Source: the human T2T-CHM13v2.0 reference genome, Homo sapiens. From it: a stretch of 64,000 bases of DNA. The stretch lies in the NCBI RefSeq assembly GCF_009914755.1, contig NC_060933.1, one strand, 5' to 3'. The notes beneath the pieces are model-generated. The model searched no databases. It was not told the origin of the DNA and saw only the letters and a program-made list of their open reading frames with translations. Each line of letters begins with the position of its first letter. The first letter of the stretch is position 1. This document shows, in pieces, positions 14,290 through 33,165 of the stretch. The position numbers were made by a program, and so were the translations under genes.

Positions 14290-15300
14290 ACCCGGCTTGC
14301 GAGTTCAGCCGTTCTGGCCCACGTTACGTCTCTAATGGGCAAGACAAGCGCAATGCTTGACCAACTGTACCTTGGCTGGCCAAGGAGGCGTGAACGGGGA
14401 ATCCTGCGATTCATCTCGGGCTTCCGGCCCTCACCACCCCTCAACCCCGTCCCCGCGGAGCTCGGAGCCAGAAGCAGGGACAAGCTCCCTCAACCGAGCC
14501 AACGGTCCTCCGCCACAGACAAGGGGATGCGGGAGGAGGAAGGGTGTGCTCTCTGCCCGCGGTCCGGAGGCCCCACGCCCCGGTCCCAAGTCCCCGGCTG
14601 CCGTCTCTCCCCGCTCCCCACGTGACCCGGCCCGGGGGACTCTGGCCGCCCTGCTCTCACCTGTGGGGATGCCCAGCTGCTTGGAGCCGCGGCCGAAGCC
14701 CCGCACCACTTGACCCCGGCAGAAGTAAGGCAGGTGCCTCATAATGCAGTCCGCTCGGGGCATGGGCTGCGGCCCGGTCTGCGCGTCCTGCGGAGCCGCC
14801 GTCGACGCGGCGCCCAGACCCCGGACCAGCCGGGGGACAGGAGCGTGAGCTCTGCCTGCCGCGGGGGCGCACCAGTGGCCGGACGACGCCGACCACAGGC
14901 CACTGCGAATCCCTGACGCCGCCGACCCAACAAATACCGCCGGGCGCCTGAGGAGCTGCGTCTCCGCTGGAGGGCAGCGGAGACAGCCGAAGTAAGTGCC
15001 GGGTGTGAGCGGGGTGGGGGGAGGGGGCGGCCCGAAGCGCAGAGCCGGCCTCCGCGCCGCCGGCGTGCGCTCCCTTCCTCAGCCGAACGCCTCGAGCCCG
15101 CTCGGCTTCCGTAGCCCCGCCCCATCATGGCCCCGCCCCGCCGCTGCCTCGCCCGGCTCCCGCCGCAAGCTCCCGCTGCAGGCTCCCGCCCCAGGCGCCT
15201 AATGTCTGGATCCCGGGCTTCGTTTCAGCCCCTGGCGATGGGAACTAATGTGGAAACCCCGTTTTCAGCCTGAGAGCCGCGAAAGCACAATTCTCGAACA
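14290..15300. promoter_or_regulatory. RFK: CpG island / RFK promoter and exon 1, with several GC boxes (CCCGCCCC at ~15115, 15131, 15185)
   Basis: Very high GC and CpG density against a CpG-depleted background; spans the RFK start codon. Confidence 0.92.
14661..14742 (-). CDS. RFK: Riboflavin kinase coding exon 1 (MRHLPYFCRGQVVRGFGRGSKQLGIPT; in-frame upstream AUG at 14763 adds MPRADCI)
   Basis: Translation matches the human RFK N-terminus with the GxGRG and PTAN motifs; donor G|GTGAGA at 14660; 82 nt, phase 1. Confidence 0.97.
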
Positions 15301-16010
15301 ATTCTGGTTTTTTTTTCTCCTTCCTCCTGTTCATAACAATCCGTAAGCCAAAGTGAGACGCTCTTTAGCTCCTTGGCAACCGCTGGGTTGAACGTCAGGC
15401 ATCGCTCGTTCCGTTCGCTCTTTAAGTATTTATTAAAGCTCCAAAATTCAGCTCAAAGATCGCCTCTTCACAGAGGCTTTTCCTGGCCGCCCTACCAGAA
15501 GCGGTCGTCCTCCAGGACCACTGACCACGTTCTGGAGTTATTAATATATTCGAATGTAAGCTCCAAGGGAGAAGTCCCTGTCTGTGACGCTGTTAACCCC
15601 AGAGACTAGTGGAAGGTTACCGACATGGGCGGTGACTGTCCCCTCCAGGCTGTCTTCTTGACAATTTCACAAGCCCGATAACAGGCCGTCCCTCTACTGC
15701 AATGCAGATAGAGGCCTTCGTACCCTCGGAACTGTAAATACGCACGCTCCTAGGGAAGTAGCTCTGGGCTCACTCACAGGATATGCAGGGTGCAAGGTTA
15801 TAAGAAGGTGCATCCTCTTAACGTCTCGAAGACAAAGAAGTTTTTTATTTATTTTTTTAAATTTTTAATCAATGGAATCCAGAGAAGTTTAATTTTTTTC
15901 TTTTTTGCTCTATACATTTGTATAAAATTCTGTGCAGACCGTGTAGTCTCTTTCTACCTTACATGTATGCATCTCTGATAAGATTTACCTGATATTAAAT
16001 TTATGTTCTA

Positions 16011-16255
16011 GGCCAGGCTTGGTGGCTCACGCCTGTATTCCCAGTAGTTTGAGAGGCCGACGCGGGAGGATTGATTGAGCCCAGGAGGTCGAGGCTGCAC
16101 TGAGCTATGATAACGCCACTGCACTCCAGACTGGGCGACACAGTGAGACACCCTCACCCCTTAAAAGAACTAGAGAAGAAGAAGGAAGGGAGGGAAGGGA
16201 AAGGAAAGGGGAAGGGAAAGTGAAAGGGAAGAAAAGGGAAGGGAAGGGAGAGAAG
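16011..16255 (+). mobile_element. FRAM-like Alu monomer followed by a GA-rich low-complexity tract
   Basis: Monomer, then GGAAG/GGAAA-type repeats. Confidence 0.75.
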
Positions 16256-16859
16256 GACCCAAAGAAGCAATTATGGTCAGTTACTTATCTATACGGAATT
16301 AAACAAAGAATAATGAGAATAACGATAATAGTAATACCGGTAGTAAGAGTAGTAATAGCAAGTTGTGAAAAGCAATTAAGTTATCTGGAGAGGCTTAAGA
16401 GTTATTTTAGCAAGGTGTGTACAGGATTCTCTCACTCTTGACTCCCGTCCTTAATAAGAGTGCTGCATTCCTTCTAATATAGGGAGGATGTCTCTCATAT
16501 GGTAATTTCATCTGCTTCTAAGAAACAGAAAAGAGGTCAGAATGATTTTTTTGTATCTATTGTTTTTCAAGTGCTTTTAATTCAAAATAGTCAATATGCA
16601 AGAATGGTATATTTTTAACTTCATCAGCAGTGATACACCTAATAAGAGAAGCCTGGAGGTGAGAACTTGATAAATCATCCCTGGGTCTTACGCCACTAAG
16701 CCCTAGGTTGCAAGAAGGTATGAGAATTAAATGAGATAAAATAATTAAATGAATCATAGGAGGTAAATGAGGAGGGGTGGTTTTAAGAATAGAGAAAATG
16801 CTAAGTATTTTTCACACTGTCTCATGTAATCCTCTCATCAGCTTTGTTGGAAAGCATTA

Positions 16860-17895
<1,036 letters not shown>

Positions 17896-17999
17896 GGAGA
17901 GTCTTGTAGAATGTTTAAGATGGAGCAGTCAGGCTCCAATCTTTAAAACTACCATTTACATGTCAAGTCATATGGGTAATTACTGTGTTATCAGCATAG

Positions 18000-18347
<348 letters not shown>

Positions 18348-18809
18348 TAAACCCTCCAAGAGTTGTACTTCTAAGAACTCCCATCAAGTACTCAATCTGT
18401 TGATCAAAGCAGACCCCTCCACCTTGCTTCAGAGGCCAAAGCATATGCTTCAAATAATTCAATAATTATTCTGTAGGCTATAGGATTTATAATTTTTCTT
18501 CTTCATTTGACTCCAAAAATATGCTACCTAGCATTCTCAGTAAATCTAGAGTTGAGAGTCTATGTGTCTTTGCCAAACTTACTGCTTTTAACCAAGGAAG
18601 TATTCTAAAACGTGTTTTTTATTTCCCCCTCTGAACTGCACTTGCACATCCTTTCAGCTGCCTGTAGGGAAAGAGTCCACTTCTCTGGTTTAATTTGTCT
18701 CTGTAGAAAGAAGGATCACAAATAAGACTAAAGAGAAAGTAGAACTGGCAGCTTGTGAGGGAAAAGAAGGCTTATTCTAAGTAAGCAATGAAAAATGAAT
18801 CTGAAGAAT

Positions 18810-20770
<1,961 letters not shown>

Positions 20771-21819
20771 AACAGCAGCTGCCAACCTAAAACTGCTCTA
20801 AAAAGTAGAGTCTATTAGTTTTTGAATAATTAATCTAAAAATTTCTGACTTGGAGTCTGACATCAACGTTCACACCTTCCACACCTAAATAGTTACCAAG
20901 TCTCTCCCAATCCATTTTTACCCCTCCTCCCACTGAATGCAAGCCATGACCCCTTACCTGCACAGGTGTAGCCAACTCTATTCTCCCAGCCTTAGATTTG
21001 ACACTAGTCTCTCTCTACTGCTTTTTCGTGCTGCTATAACCTTTCAAATGCCAATCTGATCAAATCACACTAAAAGTCATGTTCTGCTTCCCTCTGTCTT
21101 AGGATCAGTCTAAACTAAACCATTGTTCACAGATTCTCCCTATCACACTCCTCAGCTCCTGCCTCTACATTCTCTACCCAGAAGCCCTAGGGAACTTTAC
21201 CAATTCCTCTAACTCACTCTTTGGACTTCATATAAACAGGCTTCCTAGCATGAGACAATGCTACCAGTAGGCCAGAGAGCAAGGGAACCCTGTGAGTCAG
21301 GTATGCTTGACAATGCCTTCCAGAGAGGTGGGACTTGAGCTGGAGCCTTGGGGCATGTGTGAATCGACTAAACAGAGAAGAGGAAAGAAAAATGTCTAGC
21401 TAGGGAGAGTTCCTGTGATCATATTTCCAAGAAAGGGATGTGCAGTAAACAAGCCAGAACTACTAAGCTCTACTGAGAGGTGATAGAGCTTAGTAGTAGG
21501 TAAGGGGGACTCTGGCTCTTACACCAGTTTCCTGTCTGTGAGAAAATAATCACCATAGCACCTCATAAAGCATTTGAAAGATTTAAGACTTAATGCATGT
21601 GAAGTAACTAAATCAGTGTGTAATGTGTAGTAAGCCTTCTGTATTGGCTGTTATGATGATGATTACCTGTTGGTCTGCTATAGAAAATTCATTATAACTG
21701 GACTACAGTCCAAATAAGCTGGCTGAGTGTAAGTGTCTTCAGAATTCTACCTTGGAAAACAGACATGTAAAATTCTACATAAAAGCCCAATATAGAAAAT
21801 AAATAATGTTTTATTTATT

Positions 21820-21996
21820 TATGTATTTACATATTTATTTTAGAGATGGGATCTCGCTATGTTGCCCAGGCTAGAGTGCAGTGGCTATTCACAGGCAAGC
21901 TCATAGCACACTATAGCCTCGAAATCCTGGAATTAAGCCATCTGCCTGCCTTGGCCTCCTGCATAACTGGAACTACAGGTGTACACCACCATGCCA
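21820..21996 (-). mobile_element. FAM-like Alu monomer
   Basis: GAGTGCAGTGGCTATTCACAGGC old-monomer signature. Confidence 0.75.
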
Positions 21997-22109
21997 TAAA
22001 AACAAGTGTTATTTTATAACCACAAATGTATTTGTGGTTCAAACTCATAAAATTTACTTCATGTAGTACAAATTTACTCAATAAGAACACATTAATGAAG
22101 TTTACAGTG

Positions 22110-22850
<741 letters not shown>

Positions 22851-23253
22851 CACTCTCAACTACATCCGAATTTGCTTCCTATCACTGTTTGTACTGTTGT
22901 ATCATATTAAATTCAGAAAACATATTTTAAAATAACATTTTGAAAACTAAATTCATAAAAGACATTTTTAAATGAAATGTGCTTTGAATATTTAGAACCT
23001 TTTGAAGCACACAAATTGTAAATTACTCATCTGGTCTAACATTGTTATTTTGCACCAAAAAAAAGCAGACTGAGAGCCTACGACCTACTAAACCCAAAAG
23101 AAAACAGAGAGTCTACAAAATGCTGAGAAGCTGTCCATCCGATTGACAATGGACCTAAGATCACCTTTTCTGAAAGAGTTAAGTGATCTCCAGGTCTGTC
23201 TGCTATATGCAGCTGCCTCATAATAACCCATAATGAAATGTTTATTTGGCTGA

Positions 23254-23548
23254 TTTTTTTTTTTTTTGAGACAGTGTCTCACTCTGTTGCCCAGGCTGGA
23301 GTACAATGGCATGATCTCGGCTCACTACAACCTCCACCTCCTGGGTTCAAGTGATTCTCCTGCCTCAGCCTCCTGAGTAGCTGGCATTACAGGCACGCGC
23401 CACCACGCCCGGCTGATTTTTGTGTTTTTAGTAGAGACGGGGTTTCACCCTGTTGGCCAGGTTGGTCTCAAACTCCTGACCTTGTGATCTGCCTGCCTCG
23501 GCCTCCCAGAGTGCTGGGATTACATGCATGAGCCACCGTGCCCAGCCC
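23254..23548 (-). mobile_element. AluS
   Basis: Antisense dimeric Alu. Confidence 0.9.
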
Positions 23549-25029
23549 TGATTGTTTAATAAATACACCGCACATATGGAAATGGAAGGTTGTCAGTAGT
23601 ACTAATAAACAATTCTTATACCTATATGGAATGTAAACCAAATTTTGTCAACTTCTACCCACATGAGACACTAAAAATATCTCTGGAAAATTAGATTCTA
23701 ATGTCAGGTCAGGCCTGAAAACCAAGAGCTTACCTACAATATCAAATGTTTTAGAAAAAGGTATTCCTTCCTTCATCCATTCATTCACTGGCTGCTTTAA
23801 TAGGGTCCACTCCAAATCAAGGGTGTGATGATTACTAATTTTTAAAAATCGATACTCCACAAATATTTGAGTACCTACTGTTCCTTGTGTATTTCCTGTA
23901 TGGCTTTTTGATTTTTGTTTTTTGTTTTTGCATTGAGCAAAAATTGCTTGTATTACAGGGGAAAAACTATGCAAATGCAATGTTAAATTCTCACCACCAA
24001 AACCAAAAGCACTACAAGAATTTCATTCCTCATGCATCCACAAGATGGCATATTAAAATTTTGCTTTTTACTGACATGAACCTAGAACTGCGGTGACACA
24101 TGAAATAAGAACTGCAAATGGAAAATGAAAGTTAGGGAATGAGGTTCATCAGGCCCTGTGCTAGACACGGGAGGATTCTGTACTCAGAAATGTTTGGCCT
24201 GCTCATTGCTTCATGTGCTTGGATCTGGTTCTTTGGTGAAGCATGGCTACTGCATTCTATCTTCTTCCTCAATCACAAAAGATAAAAAGACTGTCTTAAT
24301 TTAGAAAGTTAATGCTTTTTGATGTTTCCTTTGAATATATGTTTCACTATAGAAGAAGAAAATGGAGAAAGAGAAAAAGGAGGAGAAGAGCACCTAGAAT
24401 TATAGGCAGAAGAATTCAGACTTCTTTCCCATTAAAAAATTGTTTTTAATTATACATTTGGTGCAATGATGGTATAGGAGATAAAGATGCTAAAAATTTC
24501 TGAGACGAAGAAGAAGGAAAACTTTCTAGGACACTGGACTCTTTTCAGAATAATGAGTAAATATGTCTGAGATTCTGGAGATGAACTTTGACCTCTGTTC
24601 GGAGTAATTCCCCTTCTAAGGCAGGATTTACTGATAGTGAAATTAACCATTCTTTAGTGTCCATGACAGCCGTCTGTCTTATGTTCTCTCAAATTCATGA
24701 TACCTTTGGAATGTGACCGTGATGGCAAAAATATAGGTGTTACCAACAGTAATTACATATAAAATTATTTCAGTTTGTCTTCAAAATTACTGGTGTTTCC
24801 CTCCTTTTTTCTCACAATGATGATATAAAATTTTAGGAATTTTTTTTAATTTTAGAATTTTTTTTCTGTCCAATATATAAAATAATACAGCTACTTAGAA
24901 AATTGGTCTAATCTGCTGATGTGTCAGCATGAACTATATATTTAGAAGATGAAAAATAAAAGTGTGTAGTGGGGTGGTGGTATAGATTGGAAAATTATTA
25001 CCAGCTGAATAAAAAATAGTAGGCTAAAT

Positions 25030-25735
25030 TAAAAATGCTCCCAAATATTTTTCACTCCTTTTATTGAGAGGGGAAGCCCATTTCCTCTCCCCACTAAAAC
25101 TGACCTGGTTGTGAAATTTGACCAATAAAATCTGGCAGAAGTGATATCGTGTAACTTCAAAGGTGTGCTTACAGAGAACTGTAGCAACTCTGTGATAGGC
25201 TTTGAATGCTCTCTGTTAGAAGCTGGGCATGATATAAGTCCAGCTACCCTTCTAGAGAAAGAGATATATGAAGAGAGGCCTGAAGTATCCTGGACATTTC
25301 AGTCTCAAATGAGCTCCTGGAAGGAATACTGCTCAGGTGAGACCCAAGCAACCCAGAAAATAATTTGAAATAATAGATTATTTTAAGTCATCTTTTTTTT
25401 TTTTTTAAACAGAGTCTTGCTCTGTGGCCCAGGCTGGAGAGCAGTGGCGTGACCTCAGCTCACTGCAATCTCCACCTTCCAGGTTCAAGATTCTCCTGCC
25501 TCAGCCTCCCAAGTAGCTGGGATCACAGGCGTGTACACCACCATGCCTGGCTAATTTTTGTATCTTTTTCTAGAGATGGGGTTTTGCCATGTTGACCAGG
25601 CTGGTCTCAAACTCCTGGCCTCAGATGATCTGCCCGCCTCAGCCTCCCAAAGTGCTGGGATTACAGGCATGAGCCACCAGACCCAACCCAAGTCATCAAA
25701 TTTTGAGGTGGTTTGTTCTACAAAAATAGCCAAAC
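25030..25735 (+). mobile_element. Old MLT1 LTR fragment interrupted by an antisense Alu (25393-25690)
   Basis: TTGACCAATAAAATCTGGCAGAAGTGA and TTTTGAGGTGGTTTGTT ends; repeat AAGTCATC flanks the Alu. Confidence 0.6.
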
Positions 25736-25857
25736 CAGCTAGTGAGCTCTGTTTTGCCAATACTTTTTTCCTTTAAGTAGACTTTTTTTAAAAAGCAGTT
25801 TTAGGTTCACAGAAAAATTGAGAAGTACAGAAAGTTCCCATATACTCCCTGACCTTC

Positions 25858-25858
<1 letters not shown>

Positions 25859-25889
<31 letters not shown>
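25859..25889. repeat. (CA)n microsatellite
   Basis: ~15 perfect AC units. Confidence 0.95.
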
Positions 25890-25891
<2 letters not shown>

Positions 25892-26794
25892 CTTCCTCAC
25901 TATAGACATCCTGCACTAGGCACTAGAATGTACATGTTACAACTGATATATGTGCATTGATGTAATATCACCCCAAGTCTGTAATTTACATGAGAGTTCA
26001 CTCTTGGAGTTATACATTCTATGGGTTTACACAAAGGAATATCGACTTGTATCCACCATTATCGTATCATACAGAGCATTTTCACTGTCATAAAAATCCT
26101 CTGTGCTTTACTTATTCATCCCTCCCTCACCCCTAATCCTTGACAACCACTGATCTTTTAACTGTCTTCATAGTTTTGCCTTTTCCACAGTGACACATAG
26201 TTGGAATTATAAAAGATGTAGCATTTTCAGACTGGCTTCTTTCACTTAAAAATATGCAGTTAAGTTTCCTCCACGTCTTCATGGCTTGATGGCTCATTTA
26301 TTTTTAGCATAGAATAATATTCTATTGTCTGTGTGTATCATAGTTTATTTTCCTATTCTCCTATTGAAGGACGTCTTGATTGCTTCCAAGTTTTGGCAGT
26401 TCTGAATAAAGCTGCTCTAAACATCAATCTGCAGGTTTTTGTGTGAATATAGGTTTTCAATTAATTTGGGTAAATACCAAATAATACAATTGCTGGATCA
26501 TGTGGTAAGAGTATGTTTAGTTTTATAGGAAACTGCCAAACTGTGTAACAAAATGACTATACCATTTTGCATTCCCACCAGCAATTAAGGAGAGCTCCTG
26601 TTGCTGCACATCCTTGCCAGCATTTGGTGTGGTCAGTGTTCTGGATTTGGGCCCTTCCAATAGGCCTAGAGTGGTAATTTGCATTTCTCTGATGACATAT
26701 GATGTGGAACATCTTTTCATATGCTTATTTGCCATCTGTATATCATCTTTGGTGAAGTGTCTGTTCAGGTCTTTTGCTTATTTAAAAACATCAG

Positions 26795-27630
<836 letters not shown>

Positions 27631-29229
27631 TCATTCCCATACACAAGGTCATCTAGATTTTCTCCTATGTTATCTTCTAGGAATTTTATAGTTTTGCATT
27701 TTACAAAATGATCCATTTTGAGTTAATTTTTTTTTTTTTAGCTTCTGGGTCAGTGTTCTCTATTGCCACACTACTGCACTGCATTTACACTTCAAATTTC
27801 TAAAATAGGATTTATATATTATAATAGAGTTATTTTTCTCATTTTGAACTAATTTTGGGCATGAGTATAAAGTCTATGTCTAGATTCTTTTTTTTTTCCT
27901 GCATGTAGATGTCCAGTTGTTCCAGCAGCATTTCTTGAACACTCTTGTCCATTTTCTCCTTTGCTCCTTTGTGAAACATAAATTCACTATATTTATTTGG
28001 CTCTATATCTGCCTCTCTGTTCTGTTCTATTGATCTATTTGTCCACTTTTTCATCAACACTACTATGTCTTGATTACTTTTAGTAAATCCTGTAGCTTTA
28101 TAGTAAATCGTGAAGTCAGGTAGTGTCAGTCCTCTGACTAACACTCATGCATGATTATGTTGGCTATTCTGGGTCTTTTGTGTCTCCATATAAACTTTAG
28201 AATCAGTTTGTCAATATCACAAAATAACTTGCTGGGAATTTGGTTGGTATTCTGTTGAATCTATAGATCGCATTGAGAAGAACGGACATCTTAACAATAT
28301 TGAATTGCCAATCCTTGAACATGGAATACTTCTTCATTTATTTAGTTCTTCTTTGATTTATTTCATCAGAGTTTTGTAGTTTTTCTCATATAGATCTTGT
28401 ACATATTTTGTTAGATTCATACCTAAGTATTCCATATTTTGGGGTGTTAATATAAATGGTATTGATATTATGTTTTAAGTTTCTAATTCCACTGGTTAAT
28501 TGCTGATATACCAGAAAGGAATCAAATTTTGTGTGTTAATCTTGTATCCTGCAACCTTGCTATACTTATTTATTAGTTCCAGGAATCTTTTGTTGTGGTG
28601 GTTTATTCTTATGGATTTTCTACATAAATGTTCAGATCATCTGCAAACAAAGACAGCTTTACTTCTTCCTTCTCAATCTGCATACCTTTTATTTCTGTTT
28701 CTTTCCTTACTGCATTAGTTAGGACTTCCAAGTATGATTTTAAAAGGGAGTGGTAAGAGGGGAAATCTTTGACCTGCTCCTGCTCTGGGAAAGCTTCTAA
28801 TTTTTCATCATTAGCTGTGGGGTGTTTTTGTAAATGTTCTTTATTCTATTGAAGAAGTTCCCTTTTATTCCTAATTTGCTGAGTTTTTGTCATGAATGGG
28901 TATTGGTTTTATCAAATAATTGTTCTGCACCTATTAATATGATCATGTTTTTTTCTTTTTTAGTCTGTTGAAATGATGAATTATTAATCATTAATTTTCA
29001 AACATTGAACCAGGCTTACATACCTGGAATAAATTTCCTTGGTCATGTATATAATTTTTTTTTCTTGCAGCCTCAGTTCAAAGGATCTTTTTACACATTG
29101 TTGGATTTAACTTGCTAATATTTTGTTCAGAATTTTTACATCTATATTCATGAGATACTGGTCTGTAGTTTTCTTGAAATATCTTTAGTTTTGGTATTAG
29201 GATAATGCTGGTCTCATAGAATGAGTTAG

Positions 29230-29464
<235 letters not shown>

Positions 29465-30144
29465 TAGCCAGGCTGGTCTTAAACTCCTGACCTGAAGTGA
29501 TCCACGCACCTCAGCCTCCAAAAGTGCTGAGATTACAGGTGTGGGCCACCATGCCTGGCCTCTTTACTTCTATTTTCTGAAAGAGATTATAGAAAATTAG
29601 TATGATTTCTTTCTTAAATATTTAGAAGAATTCACTGGTGAATTTATCTGGGCCTGGTGTTTTTTGTTTTCGAAGGTTATAATTGTTCAATTTCTTTAAT
29701 AAATATAGACTTATTCAGAATGTATATTTCTTCTGCATGAGTTTTGGCGAACGTGTCTTTAAGGAATTAGTCTATTTTACTTAAATTATAAGATTTGTAG
29801 ACATAGAGAGTTTCATATTTCTTTATGATTCTTATAGTGCTCCCAGCATTTGTAGTGATGTCCCCTCTCTTATTTCTGATGTTATTAAGTTGTGTGTGTG
29901 TCTCTCTTTTTTTCTTGGTTAGCCTGGCTAGAGGCTTATTGATTTTATCAAAGAAACTGCATCTGGTTTCATTTATTTTCTCTATTGATTTTCTGTTTTT
30001 ATTTTTATTGATTTCTTTTTTGGACTGTGGGGAGGTGAACAGAGTGTTGCTGTATCACCCAGCCCAGAGTGTGGTGGTGCAATCTTGGCTCACTGCAAAC
30101 TCTGCCTCCTGGGTTCAAGTGATTCTCGTGCCTCAGCCTCCTGA

Positions 30145-30405
<261 letters not shown>

Positions 30406-30714
30406 TAAAGTGGAAGCTTAGATGACTGATTTTAGATATTTTTTCCTATCCAATATATGCATTCAATGCCCTAAATTTCCCTCTAAGTACTATTTTCACT
30501 GCATCCACAAATTTTGATAAGTTGTGGTTTTATTTTAATTTACTTCAAAATATTTTAAAATTTTTCTTGAGATTTCTTCTTTGACCAATGTGTTATTTAG
30601 AGTATGGTTTAATTTCCAAGTATTTTGGGATTTTCTAGCTATCTTTCTGTTACTGGTTTCTAGTTTAATTCCACTGTGACCTGAAATAATATATTGGATG
30701 ATTTATAATATTTA

Positions 30715-31014
<300 letters not shown>

Positions 31015-32209
31015 TTAATTAATTAAAATAAAATTTGTTAAGGCTGGGTGCGGTGGCTCAGGCGTGTCATCCCAGCACTATGGGAGGCCAAGGCAGGCAG
31101 ATTATTTCAGCCCAGGAGTTCAAGACTAGCCTGGGCAACATAGCAAGACCTTGTCTCTATTTTTAAATAATAAAAAAAGTTTAAAAAAATAAAAAACTAA
31201 TAACATTTTTTAAGGTGTGTTTTAGGACCCAGAATGTTATCTATCTTGTTCCATTTGAGTCTGAGAAGAATGTGTATTCTGCTGTTGTTGGGTAAAGCAG
31301 TCTAGAAATGTCAATTATACCCCATTGATGGTGCTGTTGAGTTCTGTTAGAGAGATACTGTAGTCTCCAAGTATAACAGTGGATTCATCTGTTTCTCATT
31401 GTATTCCTATCAGTTTTTGCCCCACATATTTTACAACTTTGTTGTTAGGCACATATACACTATGGATTGTTATGTCTTCTTGAAAATTGAGCCCTTTATC
31501 CATTATATAATGCCATGCTTTATCCCTGATCATTTTCCTTACTCTGATGTCTGCTCTGTTAGAAATAAATATAGCTGCTCCCACTCCCTTTTGATTAGTG
31601 TTAGCATGGAATATCTTTCTCCATCCCTTTACTTTTAATCTATATATGTCTTTACATTTAATGTGGGTTTCTACATAGACAACATATAGTTGAGTCTTGT
31701 TTTTTAATCCACTCTGACAATCTCTGTATTTTAATTGGTATATTTAGACCATTGATATTAAAGTGATTATTGATATAAATGGATGAATATTTACAATATT
31801 TGTCACTCTTTTCTATTCATTGTCTTTATTCCTTGTTCCTGTTTTTGACTTCCACTTTTTCCCTGCCATTTTGGGGGTTTTTTTTGTTTGTTTTTGAAAT
31901 TTTTTATTATTATTTTTTGAGACAGGGTCACACTCTGTTGCCCAGGCTGGAGTGCAGTGGCATGATCATGGCTCACTGCAGCCTTAACCTCCTGAGCTCA
32001 AGTGATCCTCCTGCCTCAGCCTTCCACATAGCTGAAACTACACATGTATGCCACCATGCCTGGCTAATTTTTGTATTTTTTGTAGAGATAGTATCTCACT
32101 ATGTTGCCCAGGCTGGTCTTGAAATCCTGGGCTCAAGCCATCCACCTGCCTCAGCCTCCCAAAGTGCTGGGATTATAAGTGTGACCCAATGCACTCAGCC
32201 CATTTGTGA

Positions 32210-32636
<427 letters not shown>

Positions 32637-33165
32637 TAACTGAAGTCCACTTTCAATTAACACTATACTGCTTTATAGGTAGTGCAAGTACTTTATAATA
32701 ACAAAATATTTTTAAGTCTTCCCTCCTGTCTCTGGTATTATTGTGTAGTGCATTTCACTTAATGAATGCTTATATTTTCTTAGTGAGCAGAAGCATACAT
32801 AAGCATAAGTGTATGTATATACACCCAATCAAATACATTTTGCCATTATTATTTGAAACAAAATGTTATGTTAGACCAATTAAAAATTTTTTAAGTTTTT
32901 ATTTACCTTAACTTATTCTTCTCTGATACTCTATCTTTCCCTATGTAGATCCACATTTCTGACCTACATTATTTTTCTTCTATGTGAAGAATTTCCTTAA
33001 TATTTCTTACAAGGCAGATCTACTAGCAACAAATTTCCTTAGTGTTTGTTGGTCTCAGAAAGTCTTTATTTCTACTTCACTTTTGAAGAAGAATTTCACA
33101 GGATACACAATTCTAGTTGGGAGTTTTTTTCTCTCACCACTTTAAATATTTCACTTCACTCTCTT

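Noticed and set aside
14286-15202. Multiple overlapping Arg/Pro/Gly-rich ORFs on both strands
   Set aside because: Expected from stop-codon scarcity in a CpG island; only the RFK frame is recognisable (the AUGA-overlap one is kept as a low-confidence lead)
24450-24740. Non-repeat stretch that looks vaguely coding on +
   Set aside because: Several in-frame stops and no recognisable homology; cannot support a pseudogene call without a search
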